Shown piece by piece: positions 1 through 12,500 of a stretch of DNA of 64,000 nt. The stretch is from positions 190,340,001 to 190,404,000 of the forward strand of contig NC_091473.1 of assembly GCF_036971445.1 (NCBI RefSeq), read 5' to 3'. The stretch comes from Narcine bancroftii (taxonomy: Eukaryota). The number at the start of each line of letters is the position of its first letter. Position 1 is the stretch's first letter. Made by a program: the position numbers and the translations under genes. Under the pieces are notes generated by a model. The model made no database searches, was not told the DNA's origin, and was given only the letters and a program-made list of their open reading frames with translations.

Positions 1-370
1 AAGGTTGAAAACAACTGACTTGGAAAGACTATTTGGAGCCCCGAGTGATATTGAGGGTAGAGGTGTGGAAGCAGGTGTTGTACCTCCTGTGACCACAGGG
101 GTAGGTGCTGAGGGGGAAGGGAGACACGGAGGGAGCTGTCCCTGCTCAAGATGGAGAGAAGAGAATGGGGGAACAATGTGCTTGGTGCCAGGAATGCATA
201 GTAGGTGGGTGGAAATCGTGGATTGTGTGTTGGATGCAGAGGCTAGTAGAACAAGGTGAAGACAAGGGGGTCCTGCCCTTGTTCTGTCTGGGGGCGGTGG
301 GGGCCGGGATGCAGCTGAGGGCTGAGCTGATGGTAGCGGAGGGGAACCTTGGTGCTCTCCACCACAGAGC
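1..370 (-). mobile_element. Degenerate Penelope-like element fragment (linker upstream of the GIY-YIG domain)
   Basis: Minus-strand frames give remnants like RQNKGRTPL..TSLCIQHTI..RDSSLRVSL..TYPCGHRRYNTC..GAPNSLSK, resembling the PLE 'VPLV.TYHP..RRDRSLRDSLV..TYPC.R.RC.TC' region. Frameshifted. Confidence 0.6.
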
Positions 371-512
371 CATCAAAGATGTTGTGGAGTGTGGTTGCCC
401 TTGTTCATTGTGTGGTGGAGAGTGTTCTCACCCTGCCCCACCCTGCCACGCTCCAGGATGAAGCAGGCGCCAGCTGAATCCTCTCCCTCGCCTGTCCGCA
501 GGTGCCCGGAGC

Positions 513-1143
513 ATGGAAAACAAGAGGAACATCCAGATCATTGAGTGGGAAGACTTGGACAAGAGAAAATTCTACCTCTTTGGCCTGCTAATGACCATGG
601 TCATCCGGCTCAGCATCTACCCCTTCACCTTGATCCGCACCCGACTGCAGGTGCAGAAGGGGAAGAGCCTGTACTCCGGCACATTCGACGCCTTCGGCAA
701 GATCCTGCGTTCCGAGGGCCCTGCGGGCCTTTACCGTGGCTTCCTGGTCAACACTTTCACCCTCATCTCCGGCCAGTGCTACGTCACCACCTACGAGCTC
801 ACCCGCAAGTATGTGGCGCGCTACCACAGCAGCAACGCTGTGAAGTCGGTGATCGCTGGGGGCTCTGCCTCCCTGGTGGCCCAGAGCATCACTGTGCCCA
901 TCGACGTGGTGTCCCAGCACCTCATGGTCCGTGGCCAGGCCATGGGCCGCTTCGGGGAGTGCCCCGCTGTGCCGACGTCTGGCCCTGTCGCCCGCCGCCT
1001 GTTCGTGGGGCACACCAAGGAGGTGATGGCGCAGATTTTCCGACTTGACGGACTCCGGGGCTTCTACAGGGGATACGCCGCCTCCCTCATGACCTACATC
1101 CCCAACAGCGCACTGTGGTGGCCCTTCTACCACCTCTACGCCG
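513..1143 (+). CDS. SLC25A44: SLC25A44 mitochondrial carrier, coding exon 1 (210 codons plus phase-1 G)
   Basis: MENKRNIQIIEWEDLDKRKFY...YPFTLIRTRLQVQ...VPIDVVSQHLM...LWWPFYHLYA carries carrier-signature motifs. Acceptor cag| at 499-501 precedes the ATG, so a 5'UTR exon lies upstream. Donor G|gtgggt at 1143/1144. Confidence 0.96.
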
Positions 1144-1214
1144 GTGGGTATCTCGGGTTCATTGCTGTGGGTGCCAAGCTCCACGGGCGAGCTGTCTAGC
1201 TGGTCATCGCACAC

Positions 1215-2495
1215 CTCGGACAGCCCTTCAGCCCGACTTGACCACACTGCTCCCACCTTCCCATATCCCTCAAAACCTGTCCTATCCATTGGATCCATCT
1301 GAATGTCCCACCTGCACAGGACCCACCCGTCCACATCCCTCTAAACCCGTCCTATCCATGGATCTATCCAAACATTCCACCCACACTGGTCCCACGACCC
1401 TCTAAACCCGCACTATCCATGGATCTATCCAAATGTCCCACCTGCCTGCGTTTGGCCCCATATCTTTCTAGACCCATCCTATTCATGGATCCGACCAATA
1501 TTTTTAAAAACATTGCAATAGTCTCTGCCCCATCCACCTCTTCAGCCGCCCATTCCACACACTCAACACCCTCTGTATATTAAAAAAAAGTTACTCCTCA
1601 GGTTTCCGTTGGGATGTAGAAATGAGGGAGGCAATGTACCCCCCTCGTCGTAAACCTCTGATTCCCCTACTCGGGGCAAACTCTGTGTTGGCCTGATCTA
1701 TTCCTCTCTTGATGTTGTCCACCACTGTGAGATCACCCCTCATCCTCCTGTGCCCCAAGGGATAAAGCCCTAGCTTTTCTCAACATCTTTCCTGTAGCTC
1801 AGGCCCCTGAGTCCTGGCAACGTCCTCATCAATCTTCTCCAGCTCGACAACATCTTGCCTTCAGCGCAGTGACCAAAACTGAACACAATCCTCCTAATAG
1901 GACCTCACAACTGCAATGTGACTTCCTAACACCTGTACTCAATACTCTAACAAATGAAGGCCAATGTGCAGAAAGTTTTTATGATCACCCTAACGACATG
2001 TTATTCCTCTTTTAAGGTACTGTGTGCCTGTACTCCTTGACCCCTCTGCTCCACCACCCTCCCCCAGACCCCTCTGCTCCACCACCCTCCCCCAGACCCC
2101 TCTGCTCCACCACCCTCCCCCAGACCCCTCTGCTCCACCACCCTCCCCCAGACCCCTCTGCTCCACCACCCTCCCCCAGACCCCTCTGCTCCACCACCCT
2201 CCCCCAGACCCCTCTGCTCCACCACCCTCCCCCAGACCCCTCTGCTCCACCACCCTCCCCCAGACCCCTCTGCTCCACCACCCTCCCCCAGACCCCTCTG
2301 CTCCACCACCCTCCCCCAGACCCCTCTGCTCCACCACCCTCCCCCAGACCCCTCTGCTCCACCACCCTCCCCCAGACCCCTCTGCTCCACCACCCTCCCC
2401 CAGACCTGTACCATTCACAATGTAGGACCTAAACACTTCAAATCTCCCGAAATACAACATCTCACATTTCTCTGTATTATATTCTATCCACCATT
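1215..2495 (-). mobile_element. CR1 LINE 3' fragment containing two internal tandem expansions
   Basis: Typical CR1 RT C-terminal and 3'UTR sequence (..KCEMLYFGR.., gaccaaaactgaacacaat), homologous to other CR1 copies in the window. Confidence 0.8.
2039..2404. repeat. 28-bp minisatellite GACCCCTCTGCTCCACCACCCTCCCCCA, about 13 perfect copies
   Basis: Directly visible. Confidence 0.97.
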
Positions 2496-2990
2496 CAAGA
2501 TTTAAAATTATTTTATTGTAATGTAATAGAACAGGAAATGTAATATTCCACATAATTTCCTTCAGTCGACCGTAAGGCAGACGAAGATTCACCGTCGGTG
2601 GAAATTGCCCAGCGCGCCTTACAGTCAGAAAAAGAGAAGCAAAAGTGGGGCCCCTCAGAGCTGCCGAGTGTCCAATGATTCGCCTCCAATGGTCCCGCAG
2701 CCGTACAGACTTCAGTCCAAACCCTTGGTGACCCAAGCTCCAGAGCATAAACTCCAACACAATCAGGAACAGTCTCGCATTCCAGTTCCGATACCTGGTA
2801 CCCCTTTTGGCCAGACTCCAGCCGCTTGCAGTCTGTTGCGTTCCTTGACTGCGGTCAGCCGCAGTGTTCCTCTCCTCGAGTCACCGACAGTCCACTGCCC
2901 ACCTGCCCAACCGATCGAGATCCTGCTCCAATCTTTGGTCACCGTCTTCATTATCTCAAGTACCCTCGAGTACCAGACACTTTAGTGGGA
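2495..2990. mobile_element. Unclassified dispersed repeat (related copies at about 16950-17560, and inverted at about 29510-29700)
   Basis: Shared blocks ccgtaaggcagac..ttcaccgtcgg..acagtcaga..gagtgtcc..gattcgcctcca. Confidence 0.6.
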
Positions 2991-3289
2991 CAGTGCAGGG
3001 AAACATTTTGGCGCCAAAGGGCCTGTTTCTGTGCTGTAATATTCTATGGTTCTAAGTGCACGCACATTTCTCTTGGAACACGGTCCAATAACTTACTAAC
3101 CACAGATGTTAAGGCTCCCTGCCTGCAGTTCCCAGCGTTTTCCATGCAACCCTTGAACGGCAGTACAACATTTGCCACCCTCCTAAACCTCAGTCCAGGG
3201 TACCTCCCTGAGTTCCCCGCCGTGTCCTCGCAACACGTCTGATCAGGCACTGGCGATTTCTCCACCTTTATACACATCAGGGCCTTCAT

Positions 3290-5480
3290 AGAAACCTAGA
3301 AAAATAGGTGCAGGATTCGGCCATTTGGCCCTTCAAGCCTACCCAGCCATTCAATATGATCATGGCTGACCAGTACCTGGTTCCTGCCTTCTCCTCATGC
3401 TCCCTGATGCCCTTCGTCACAAGGGCCAAATCTAACCTACTCTTAAATATTGACAAGGAACCAGCCTTGACTACTACCTGTGGCAAAGAATTCCATAGAT
3501 GCACCGCTCTCTCAGAAATTTTTCCTCATCTCAGTCCTAAAAAACTTTCCCCTTATCCTTAAACTGTGACCACCTGGTTCTGGTTTTTTCCAGCATTGGA
3601 AACAACGTTCCTGCATCTCGTCTGTCTAAACTTTTAAGAATTTTATATATTTCTATAAGATCCCCCCTTCTAAATTCCAGAGAATACAAGCCTAGTCTTC
3701 ATATGCAAGTCCTTCCATCCCTGGTATCAGTCTAATGAACCTTCTCTGCACCCCCTCCATGGTGAGGATGCCCTTCCTCAGATAAGGAGACCAAAACTGC
3801 ACGCAGTCCTCCAGATGTGGTCTCACCAAAGCCCTGTACAGCCCACCACCTTTGTACTCCTGTAAAGCCCTTCAACTGTAATACTGTAACCTCTCTTAAC
3901 TGGAATTCAAGCAACTGGCAAAAAAATAAATTCATGGAAAATAAATAGGTAAAAAATGCAGACATTTAAAATTGGCGTGCCCTGCAATTGGTTCACTTCT
4001 CCAGCAAGTACTAATCCCCAGAGGAGCCAGATACCACTGTACTGACTGTTCTCAAGATCCTGTTATTGACGGCCCTGAGATCCCCAGTCCTTGTGTCTTT
4101 CTCCAGAGTAAAAACAGAGGAGCACTCACTGGGAACATTGCCCATCTCCTGCGACTCCACACAAAGTTGACCACATTGGGGTCCGATATTTCCCCTGGTT
4201 TCGCTCTTTCTCCATTGATTGAGTCTCTTGGGATTGTCCCTAGAACCTTGCAGTAGAGAAAGCAGGCTGTTTGGCCCTTCTAGTCTGTGCCACACTATAA
4301 TTCTGCCTCGCCCCACTGACCTGCACCCAGTCCATAGCCCTCCACACCCCTCCCATCCATGTACCTGTCCAAATTCTTCTCAAATGTTAAAATTGAGCCC
4401 CGCATTCACCTCATCAGCTGGCAGCTCGTTCCACCTCTCTCTGTGTGAAGAAGTCCCCGCTAAACCTTTCCCCTTTCACCCTTAGCCTGTGTCCTCCGGT
4501 TTGTATCTCACCAACCCTCAGTGGAAAAAGCCAACCTGCATTTACGCTGTCCATCCCCCTCATAATTTTAAATACCTCTAACAAATCTCCCCTCTTTCTA
4601 CACTCTGGGAAATAAAGTCCAAACTTGCAACTCAGTTTCTGAAGTCCAGGCAACATCCTAGCAAACCTTCTCTGCACTCCTTCAATCTTATTGATATCTT
4701 TCCTGTAGTTTGGTGATCAAAACTGCACTCAGTGCTCCAAATTTGGCCTTACCAATGTCTTACACAACTTTACCAGAACATCCCAACTTCTATATTCAAG
4801 ACTTTGATTGATGGAGGCCAGTATGCCAAAAGCTCTCTTTACAACTCCGTCCACTTGTGATGCCACTTTCAGGGAATGATGTATCTGTATTCCCAGACCC
4901 CTCTGTTCTGCCGCACTCCTCAGTGATCGACTGTTTACCGTGCATGTCCTACCTTGGTTTGTCCTTCCAAAATGCAGCACCTCCCACTTGGCTGCATGAA
5001 ATTCCATCTGCCGTTTTGCAGCCCATTTTTCTTCGCTGTCCTCAACGCCTCCAATCTTAGTCTCATCAGCAAACTTGTTGATCCAATTCGCCACATTATC
5101 ATCCAGATCATTGATCTAGGCAACAAATAGCAACGCGCCCAGCACCGATCCCTGAGGCACCAGCATTAGTCACAGGCCTCCAGTCTGAGAAGAGATCGTC
5201 CACCTCTACTCCCCGGCCTCTCCCGTGATGCCAACGTCAAATCCAGTTTACTACCTCACCCTGAATACCGAGTGTCTGAACCTTCCATATGTCAAAGGCC
5301 TCACGATAGCCAAGTTAAACAACATCCACAGTCTTCCCTTCATCAACCTTCCTGGTAAACATCAAAAATCTCTAAGATTGGTTAAACACAACCTACCAAG
5401 CACAAAGCCAAATTGACTATCCGAGATCAACCCCTGCCTATCCAAATACTGGTATATCCTATTTCTTGGAGTGCCTTCCA
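3290..5480 (-). mobile_element. Cluster of CR1 LINE fragments
   Basis: Minus-strand ORFs MHLWNSLPQVVV.., MQRRFARMLPGL.., KFADETKIGG..KWEVLHFGRTNQ..LVRPNLEH. The interval may include one short + strand piece near 3970-4250. Confidence 0.85.
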
Positions 5481-5598
5481 AGAATTTAACAACCATGTTA
5501 TTAGCCAGAACTATCTCCTGCCCCCTTTCTACCCTCCTGACTTCTTTGTTTCAGCTTGTCCTGCAGTTCCTAAAATTCCTCCAGGTAAACATTAATAA

Positions 5599-5804
5599 CA
5601 CAATGCTGGAGAAACCCAACCAGTCAAACACGGTACTTTACGTAGCAAAGATAAAAATAAATAACCAACGTTTCAGGCCTGAGCCCTCCATCGAGTTTGG
5701 CCCATACCTTAACGAAGGGCTCAAGCCCGATACGTTGGTTATGTATCTTGATCTTTGCTACATAAAGTACCGTGTTTGACCTGTTGGGTTTCTCCAGCAT
5801 TGTG
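5599..5804. repeat. About 93-bp-arm inverted repeat from a Penelope-like element terminus, with degenerate hammerhead-like cores
   Basis: cacaatgctggagaaacccaac...gagccctccatc pairs with gaagggctcaagcc...gtttctccagcattgtg. Confidence 0.8.
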
Positions 5805-6129
5805 CTTTCCCCTTTAACCACAGTGTCTGCAGACTTTTGTGTTTTACCTCCAGGTATACACTTGGTTTCAGCTGCCCGTACCTGCCCCATGCTGCCTTCG
5901 TGCTGTTAGATCAGTGCTTGTACATCTGACCCTTCACTCTAACAGGATGTGCGTGTCCTGGACTTCTAAAAAAAAAACACCTTCCATTTTCCTTGTGCTC
6001 CTCTCCCGTCAAAACCACTTATTCCAATTAATTTAGTTCTTGTCTCCACCTTTCAAAATTTAGCTTTCTTCAATTCCAAATTTTAACTTGGGGGCTCTGA
6101 CTGGTATCGCTCCAGATCCACAGATCGCT

Positions 6130-6730
6130 CAAGGTTGGTTGGAGAGTTAAGAAGGCCTGTGGGATGCTGGCCTTCATTAGTCAGGGGGGATTCAGCTCTG
6201 GAGTCGTGAGGTCATGTTTGCTTCGCTATATTATTTCTGGTGAGGCCCAAACTTAGAGCATTGTGTTCTGTTCCAGTCACCTCCATACAGGAATGATGTG
6301 GAAGCTACGGAGAAGGGGCAGAGGAGATTCACCAGGATGTTACCTGGATTAGAGAAAGTGTCTATTGAGGAAGGGTTAACAGAGCTGGGAGCTTTTTTTC
6401 CCTTTGGAGCGAAGGCTGCACGGATAAGGCGACGGCCAGCGCCTCTTTCCCAGGGCGGGAGTAGCGAACATCAGATGACAACGTCCGTACAAAGTGAAGG
6501 GAGGAAGGTTTAGAGAAGACGTCAGGGGTAGATTTCTTTTACACAGAGAGCGAGCTGTGGGGGCCTGGAATGCATTGCCAGGGGTGGTGGTGGAGGCTGG
6601 AACATTAGGGGCATTTAAGGGACTCTGAGACAGGCTCATCGATGAAAGAAAAATTGAGTTTTGAGGTAGGGAGGGTTTTCTTTATCTTTAGAAGGTATAC
6701 ACACCATTGTGGGTCAAAGGGCCTGTACTG
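6130..6730 (+). mobile_element. CR1 LINE 3' fragment
   Basis: EKGQRRFTRMLPGLEKVS.. followed by the CR1 3' tail (aaagggcctgtactg). Confidence 0.85.
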
Positions 6731-7084
6731 TTATATATAAAGTTAAAATCCCCAACTATGAAAACCTTATTTGTCCTACAGATGGCAGCAATCTACTGCA
6801 AATTGACTCCTCCAATTCCCATTGACATTTGGGGCCCTGTGGAACAGGTGAAACAAGGTCCTCATACCTTCATTGTTCTCATGGACTGACACACATTGCA
6901 TGGACTGACACACATTGCAGTGTCCCCCTCTGCCTGTTGCCATGACCACTCCCCAACCAACAACACACACTCCCACTTTAATCTCCACCTCTGTCTACCC
7001 TGGAAAGTTGAAGTGCCAGTCCTAACCCTTTCCGACCGAGGATTCTGTAGCGGTGACGACCTCCCATCCACGTGTGTCCATCCA

Positions 7085-7832
7085 TCACCGTGTAATACTG
7101 GGGAACTGTACCCGTGGCGATAGGTCTGTCAGTGTGTAACACTGGAGTACAGTACTGGTGGGGATGGGTCTGAACCTGTGTAACACCGGGGTACATTACT
7201 GGTGGGGACGGGTCTGTCCCTGAGTAACACCGGGATACAGTATTGGTAGGGATGGGTCTGTCCCTGTATAACACTGGAGAACCATACTGGTGGGGACAGG
7301 TCTGTCCCTATATAATACTGGAGAACCGTTCTGGTGGGGACGGGTCTGTCCCTGTGTAACACTGGGTACAGTACTGGTGGGGATGCGTCTGTCTCTATAT
7401 AACACCGGGGTATGGTACTGGTAGTGGGGGTGGGTCTCTCCCTGTGTAACTCTGGGGTACAGTACTGGTGGGGGCGGATCTGTCACTTTATAACACTGGG
7501 GTACAGTATTGGTGGGGATGGGTCTGCCTTGTATAACACCGGGGTACAGTACTGATGGGTACGGTCTCTCACTGTAACACCGGGGTACAGTACTGGTGGG
7601 GCCAGGTTTGTCCCTGTGTAACACTGGGGTACAGGACTAGTGGGGCTGGGTCTGTCCCTGTGTAACTCTGGGGTACGGTACTGGTGGGGCCGGGTCTGTC
7701 CCTGTGTAACACTGGGGTACAATACTGGTGGGGCCGGGTCTGTCCCTGTGTAACACCTGGATACAGTAGTGGTGGGGACGGGTCTGTCCCTGTGTTACAC
7801 CGGGGTACAGTACTGGTGGGGCCGGGTCTGTA
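7085..7832. repeat. About 44-bp minisatellite (AACACTGGGGTACAGTACTGGTGGGGCCGGGTCTGTCCCTGTGT), about 17 diverged copies
   Basis: Period of 44 measured between 7681 and 7725. Confidence 0.93.
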
Positions 7833-7891
7833 CCATATCCTGTTGTACTGTATTTCACATAACCCTCTCCCCTTCTGTCCTGTGGGTACAG

Positions 7892-8019
7892 AGCAGCTCT
7901 CCTATGTTACTCCGACTGTGTGCCCCCACCTCGTGGTTCAGGCTGTTGCTGGACCTTTGGCCGCTGCCACATCTTCCACCCTCACCAACCCCATGGACGT
8001 CATCCGAGCTCGAGTACAG
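7892..8019 (+). CDS. SLC25A44: SLC25A44 coding exon 2 (128 nt)
   Basis: tacag| acceptor, then (E)QLSYVTPTVCPHLVVQAVAGPLAAATSSTLTNPMDVIRARVQ and |gtaagg donor. Phase 1 in, phase 0 out. Confidence 0.96.
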
Positions 8020-8061
8020 GTAAGGGATGACGTGCTGCAGGTTCACGGTGTCTCCATTCTA

Positions 8062-8665
8062 TCCTCGTCCCTGCCCTGGTCCTCATCCCTGCCCTGGTCC
8101 TCATCCCTGCCCTGGTCCTCATCCCTGCCCTGGTCCTCATCCCTGCCCTGGTCCTCATCCCTGCCCTGGTCCTCATCCCTGCCCTGGTCCTCATCCCTGC
8201 CCTGGTCCTCATCCCTGCCCTGGTCCTCATCCCTGCCCTGGTCCTCATCCCTGCCCTGGTCCTCATCCCTGCCCTGGTCCTCATCCCTGCCCTGGTCCTC
8301 ATCCCTGCCCTGGTCCTCATCCCTGCCCTGGTCCTCATCCCTGCCCTGGTCCTCATCCCTGCCCTGGTCCTCATCCCTGCCCTGGTCCTCATCCCTGCCC
8401 TGGTCCTCATCCCTGCCCTGGTCCTCATCCCTGCCCTGGTCCTCATCCCTGCCCAGGTCCTCATCCCTGCCCAGGTCCTCATCCCTGCCCTGGTCCTCAT
8501 CCCTGCCCTGGTCCTCATCCCTGCCCTGGTCCTCATCCCTGCCCTGGTCCTCATCCCTGCCCTGGTCCTCATCCCTGCCCTGGTCCTCATCCCTGCCCTG
8601 GTCCTCATCCCTGCCCTGGTCCTCATCCCTGCCCTGGTCCTCATCCCTGCCCTGGTCCTCATCCC
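8062..8665. repeat. 18-bp minisatellite CCCTGCCCTGGTCCTCAT, about 33 copies
   Basis: Directly visible; two adjacent units carry the same T>A variant (about 8455, 8473). Confidence 0.97.
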
Positions 8666-9265
8666 TCGCCTCGGTCCACCCTCCCTCCCTCCCCTAGCCT
8701 CGGTCCACCCTCCCTCCCTCCCCTAGCCTCGGTCCACCCTCCCTCCCTCCCCTAGACTCGGTCCACCCTCCCTCCCTCCCCTAGCCTCGGTCCACCCTCC
8801 CTCCCTCCCCTAGCCTCGGTCCACCCTCCCTCCCTCCCCTAGCCTCGGTCCACCCTCCCTCCCTCCCCTAGCCTCGGTCCACCCTCCCTCCCTCCCCTAG
8901 CCTCGGTCCACCCTCCCTCCCTCCCCTAGCCTCGGTCCACCCTCCCTCCCTCCCTCCCCTAGCCTCGGTCCACCCTCCCTCCCTCCCTCCCCTAGCCTCG
9001 GTCCACCCTCCCTCCCTCCCCTAGCCTCGGTCCACCCTCCCTCCCTCCCCTAGCCTCGGTCCACCCTCCCTCCCTCCCTCCCCTAGCCTCGGTCCACCCT
9101 CCCTCCCACCCCTAGCCTCGGTCCACCCTCCCTCCCACCCCTAGCCTCGGTCCACCCTCCCTCCCTCCCCTAGCCTCGGTCCACCCTCCCTCCCTCCCCT
9201 AGCCTCGGTCCACCCTCCCTCCCTCCCCTAGCCTCGGTCCACCCTCCTTCCCCTCGGTCCACCCT
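8666..9265. repeat. 29-bp minisatellite CCTAGCCTCGGTCCACCCTCCCTCCCTCC, about 19 copies
   Basis: Period 29, with occasional extra CCCT. Confidence 0.95.
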
Positions 9266-9269
9266 CCCT

Positions 9270-9481
9270 CCCCTCCCTCGTCGGGCCTCCCTCCCCTCCC
9301 TCGTCTGGCCTCCCTCCCCTCCCTCGTCTGGCCTCCCTCCCCTCCCTCGTCTGGCCTCCCTCCCCTCCCTCGTCTGGCCTCCCTCCCCTCCCTCGTCTGG
9401 CCTCCCTTCCCTCCCTCGTCTGGCCTCCCTCCCCTCCCTCGTCTGGACTCTCTCCCCTCCCTCGTCTGGCCTCCCTCCCCT
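9270..9481. repeat. 23-bp minisatellite CCCTCGTCTGGCCTCCCTCCCCT, about 9 copies
   Basis: Directly visible. Confidence 0.93.
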
Positions 9482-9533
9482 GCTGGTCCTGCATTGCTTC
9501 TCCATCCACCACTCGCGCACTTCCCCCATCGCG

Positions 9534-12500
9534 GTCTTCCCCCCCGTCGCAGTCTTCCCCCCGTCGCAGTCTTCCCCCCGTCGCAGTCTTCCCCCGTCGC
9601 AGTCTTCCCCCGTCGCAGTCTTCCCCCCGTCGCAGTCTTCCCCCCGTCGCAGTCTTCCCCCCGTCGCAGTCTTCCCCCGTCGCAGACTTCCCCCGTCGCA
9701 GTCTTCCCTCCGTCGCAGTCTTCCCCCCGTCGCAGTCTTCCCCGTCGCAGTCTTCCCCCGTCGCAGTCTTCCCCCGTCGCAGTCTTCCCCCCGTCGCAGT
9801 CTTCCCCCCGTCGCAGTCTTCCTCCCGTCGCAGTCTTCCCCCCGTCGCAGTCTTCCCCCCGTCGCAGTCTTCCCCCCGTCGCAGTCTTCCCCCCGTCGCA
9901 GTCTTCCCCCCGTCGCAGTCTTCCCCCGTCGCAGTCTTCCCCCCGTCGCAGTCTTCCCCCCGTCGCAGTCTTCCCCCCGTCGCAGTCTTCCCCCCGTCGC
10001 AGTCTTCCCCCCGTCGCAGTCTTCCCCCCGTCGCAGTCTTCCCCCCGTCGCAGTCTTCCCCCCGTCGCAGTCTTCCCCCCGTCGCAGTCTTCCCCCCGTC
10101 GCAGTCTTCCCCCCGTCGCAGTCTTCCCCCCGTCGCAGTCTTCCCCCCGTCGCAGTCTTCCCCCCGTCGCAGTCTTCCCCCCGTCGCAGTCTTCCCCCCG
10201 TCGCAGTCTTCCCCCCGTCGCAGTCTTCCCCCCGTCGCAGTCTTCCCCCCGTCGCAGTCTTCCCCCCGTCGCAGTCTTCCCCCGTCGCAGTCTTCCCCCC
10301 GTCGCAGTCTTCCCCCCGTCGCAGTCTTCCCCCCGTCGCAGTCTTCCCCCCGTCGCAGTCTTCCCCCCGTCGCAGTCTTCCCCCCGTCGCAGTCTTCCCC
10401 CCGTCGCAGTCTTCCCCCCGTCGCAGTCTTCCCCCCGTCGCAGTCTTCCCCCCGTCGCAGTCTTCCCCCCGTCGCAGTCTTCCCCCCGTCGCAGTCTTCC
10501 CCCCGTCGCAGTCTTCCCCCCGTCGCAGTCTTCCCCCGTCGCAGTCTTCCCCGTCGCAGTCTTCCCCCGTCGCAGTCTTCCCCCGTCGCAGTCTTCCCCC
10601 CGTCGCAGTCTTCCCCCCGTCGCAGTCTTCCCCCCGTCGCAGTCTTCCCCCGTCGCAGTCTTCCCCCCGTCGCAGTCTTCCCCCCGTCGCAGTCTTCCCC
10701 CCGTCGCAGTCTTCCCCCCGTCGCAGTCTTCCCCCCGTCGCAGTCTTCCCCCCGTCGCAGTCTTCCCCCGTCGCAGTCTTCCCCCGTCGCAGTCTTCCCC
10801 CCGTCGCAGTCTTCCCCCGTCGCAGTCTTCCCCCCGTCGCAGTCTTCCCCCCGTCGCAGTCTTCCCCCCGTCGCAGTCTTCCCCCCGTCGCAGTCTCCCC
10901 CCCGTCGCAGTCTCCCCCCCGTCGCAGTCTCCCCCCGTCGCAGTCTTCCCCCGTCGCAGTCTTCCCCCCGTCGCAGTCTTCCCCCCGTCGCAGTCTTCCC
11001 CCCGTCGCAGTCTTCCCCCCGTCGCAGTCTTCCCCCCGTCGCAGTCTTCCCCCCGTCGCAGTCTTCCCCCCGTCGCAGTCTTCCCCCCGTCGCAGTCTTC
11101 CCCCCGTCGCAGTCTTCCCCCCGTCGCAGTCTTCCCCCCGTCGCAGTCTTCCCCCCGTCGCAGTCTTCCCCCCGTCGCAGTCTTCCCCCCGTCGCAGTCT
11201 TCCCCCCGTCGCAGTCTTCCCCCCGTCGCAGTCTTCCCCCCGTCGCAGTCTTCCCCCCGTCGCAGTCTTCCCCCCGTCGCAGTCTTCCCCCCGTCGCAGT
11301 CTTCCCCCCGTCGCAGTCTTCCCCCCGTCGCAGTCTTCCCCCCGTCGCAGTCTTCCCCCCGTCGCAGTCTTCCCCCCGTCGCAGTCTTCCCCCCGTCGCA
11401 GTCTTCCCCCCGTCGCAGTCTTCCCCCCGTCGCAGTCTTCCCCCCGTCGCAGTCTTCCCCCCGTCGCAGTCTTCCCCCCGTCGCAGTCTTCCCCCCGTCG
11501 CAGTCTTCCCCCCGTCGCAGTCTTCCCCCCGTCGCAGTCTTCCCCCCGTCGCAGTCTTCCCCCCGTCGCAGTCTTCCCCCCGTCGCAGTCTTCCCCCCGT
11601 CGCAGTCTTCCCCCCGTCGCAGTCTTCCCCCCGTCGCAGTCTTCCCCCCGTCGCAGTCTTCCCCCCGTCGCAGTCTTCCCCCCGTCGCAGTCTTCCCCCC
11701 GTCGCAGTCTTCCCCCCGTCGCAGTCTTCCCCCCGTCGCAGTCTTCCCCCCGTCGCAGTCTTCCCCCCGTCGCAGTCTTCCCCCCGTCGCAGTCTTCCCC
11801 CCGTCGCAGTCTTCCCCCCGTCGCAGTCTTCCCCCCGTCGCAGTCTTCCCCCCGTCGCAGTCTTCCCCCCGTCGCAGTCTTCCCCCGTCGCAGTCTTCCC
11901 CCCGTCGCAGTCTTCCCCCCGTCGCAGTCTTCCCCCCGTCGCAGTCTTCCCCCCGTCGCAGTCTTCCCCCCGTCGCAGTCTTCCCCCCGTCGCAGTCTTC
12001 CCCCGTCGCAGTCTTCCCCCCGTCGCAGTCTTCCCCCCGTCGCAGTCTTCCCCGTCGCAGTCTTCCCCCGTCGCAGTCTTCCCCCCGTCGCAGTCTTCCC
12101 CCGTCGCAGTCTTCCCCCCGTCGCAGTCTTCCCCCCGTCGCAGTCTTCCCCCCGTCGCAGTCTTCCCCCCGTCGCAGTCTTCCCCCGTCGCAGTCTTCCC
12201 CCCGTCGCAGTCTTCCCCCGTCGCAGTCTTCCCCCCGTCGCAGTCTTCCCCCCGTCGCAGCCTTCCCCCCGTCGCAGTCTTCCCCCCGTCGCAGTCTTCC
12301 CCCCGTCGCAGTCTTCCCCCCGTCGCAGTCTTCCCCCGTCGCAGTCTTCCCCCCGTCGCAGTCTTCCCCCCGTCGCAGTCTTCCCCCGTCGCAGTCTTCC
12401 CCCGTCGCAGTCTTCCCCCGTCGCAGTCTTCCCCCCGTCGCAGTCTTCCCCCCGTCGCAGTCTTCCCCCCGTCGCAGACTTCCCCCCGTCGCAGTCTTCC

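Noticed and set aside
1144-1199. C-terminal GGYLGFIAVGAKLHGRAV of the 228-aa ORF
   Set aside because: Intronic read-through past the donor at 1144.
1990-2760. Overlapping Gly- or Pro-rich ORFs
   Set aside because: Products of the 28-bp minisatellite and CR1 remnants.
7085-7832. CRISPR-like appearance of the 44-bp (and 32-bp) arrays
   Set aside because: Head-to-tail units without unique spacers, no cas genes, and a vertebrate context.
7684-8755. ORFs with (SSSLPW)n, (MRTRAG)n and (CPGPHP)n
   Set aside because: Read-through from SLC25A44 exon 2 into the 18-bp array; a canonical donor at 8020 ends the exon.
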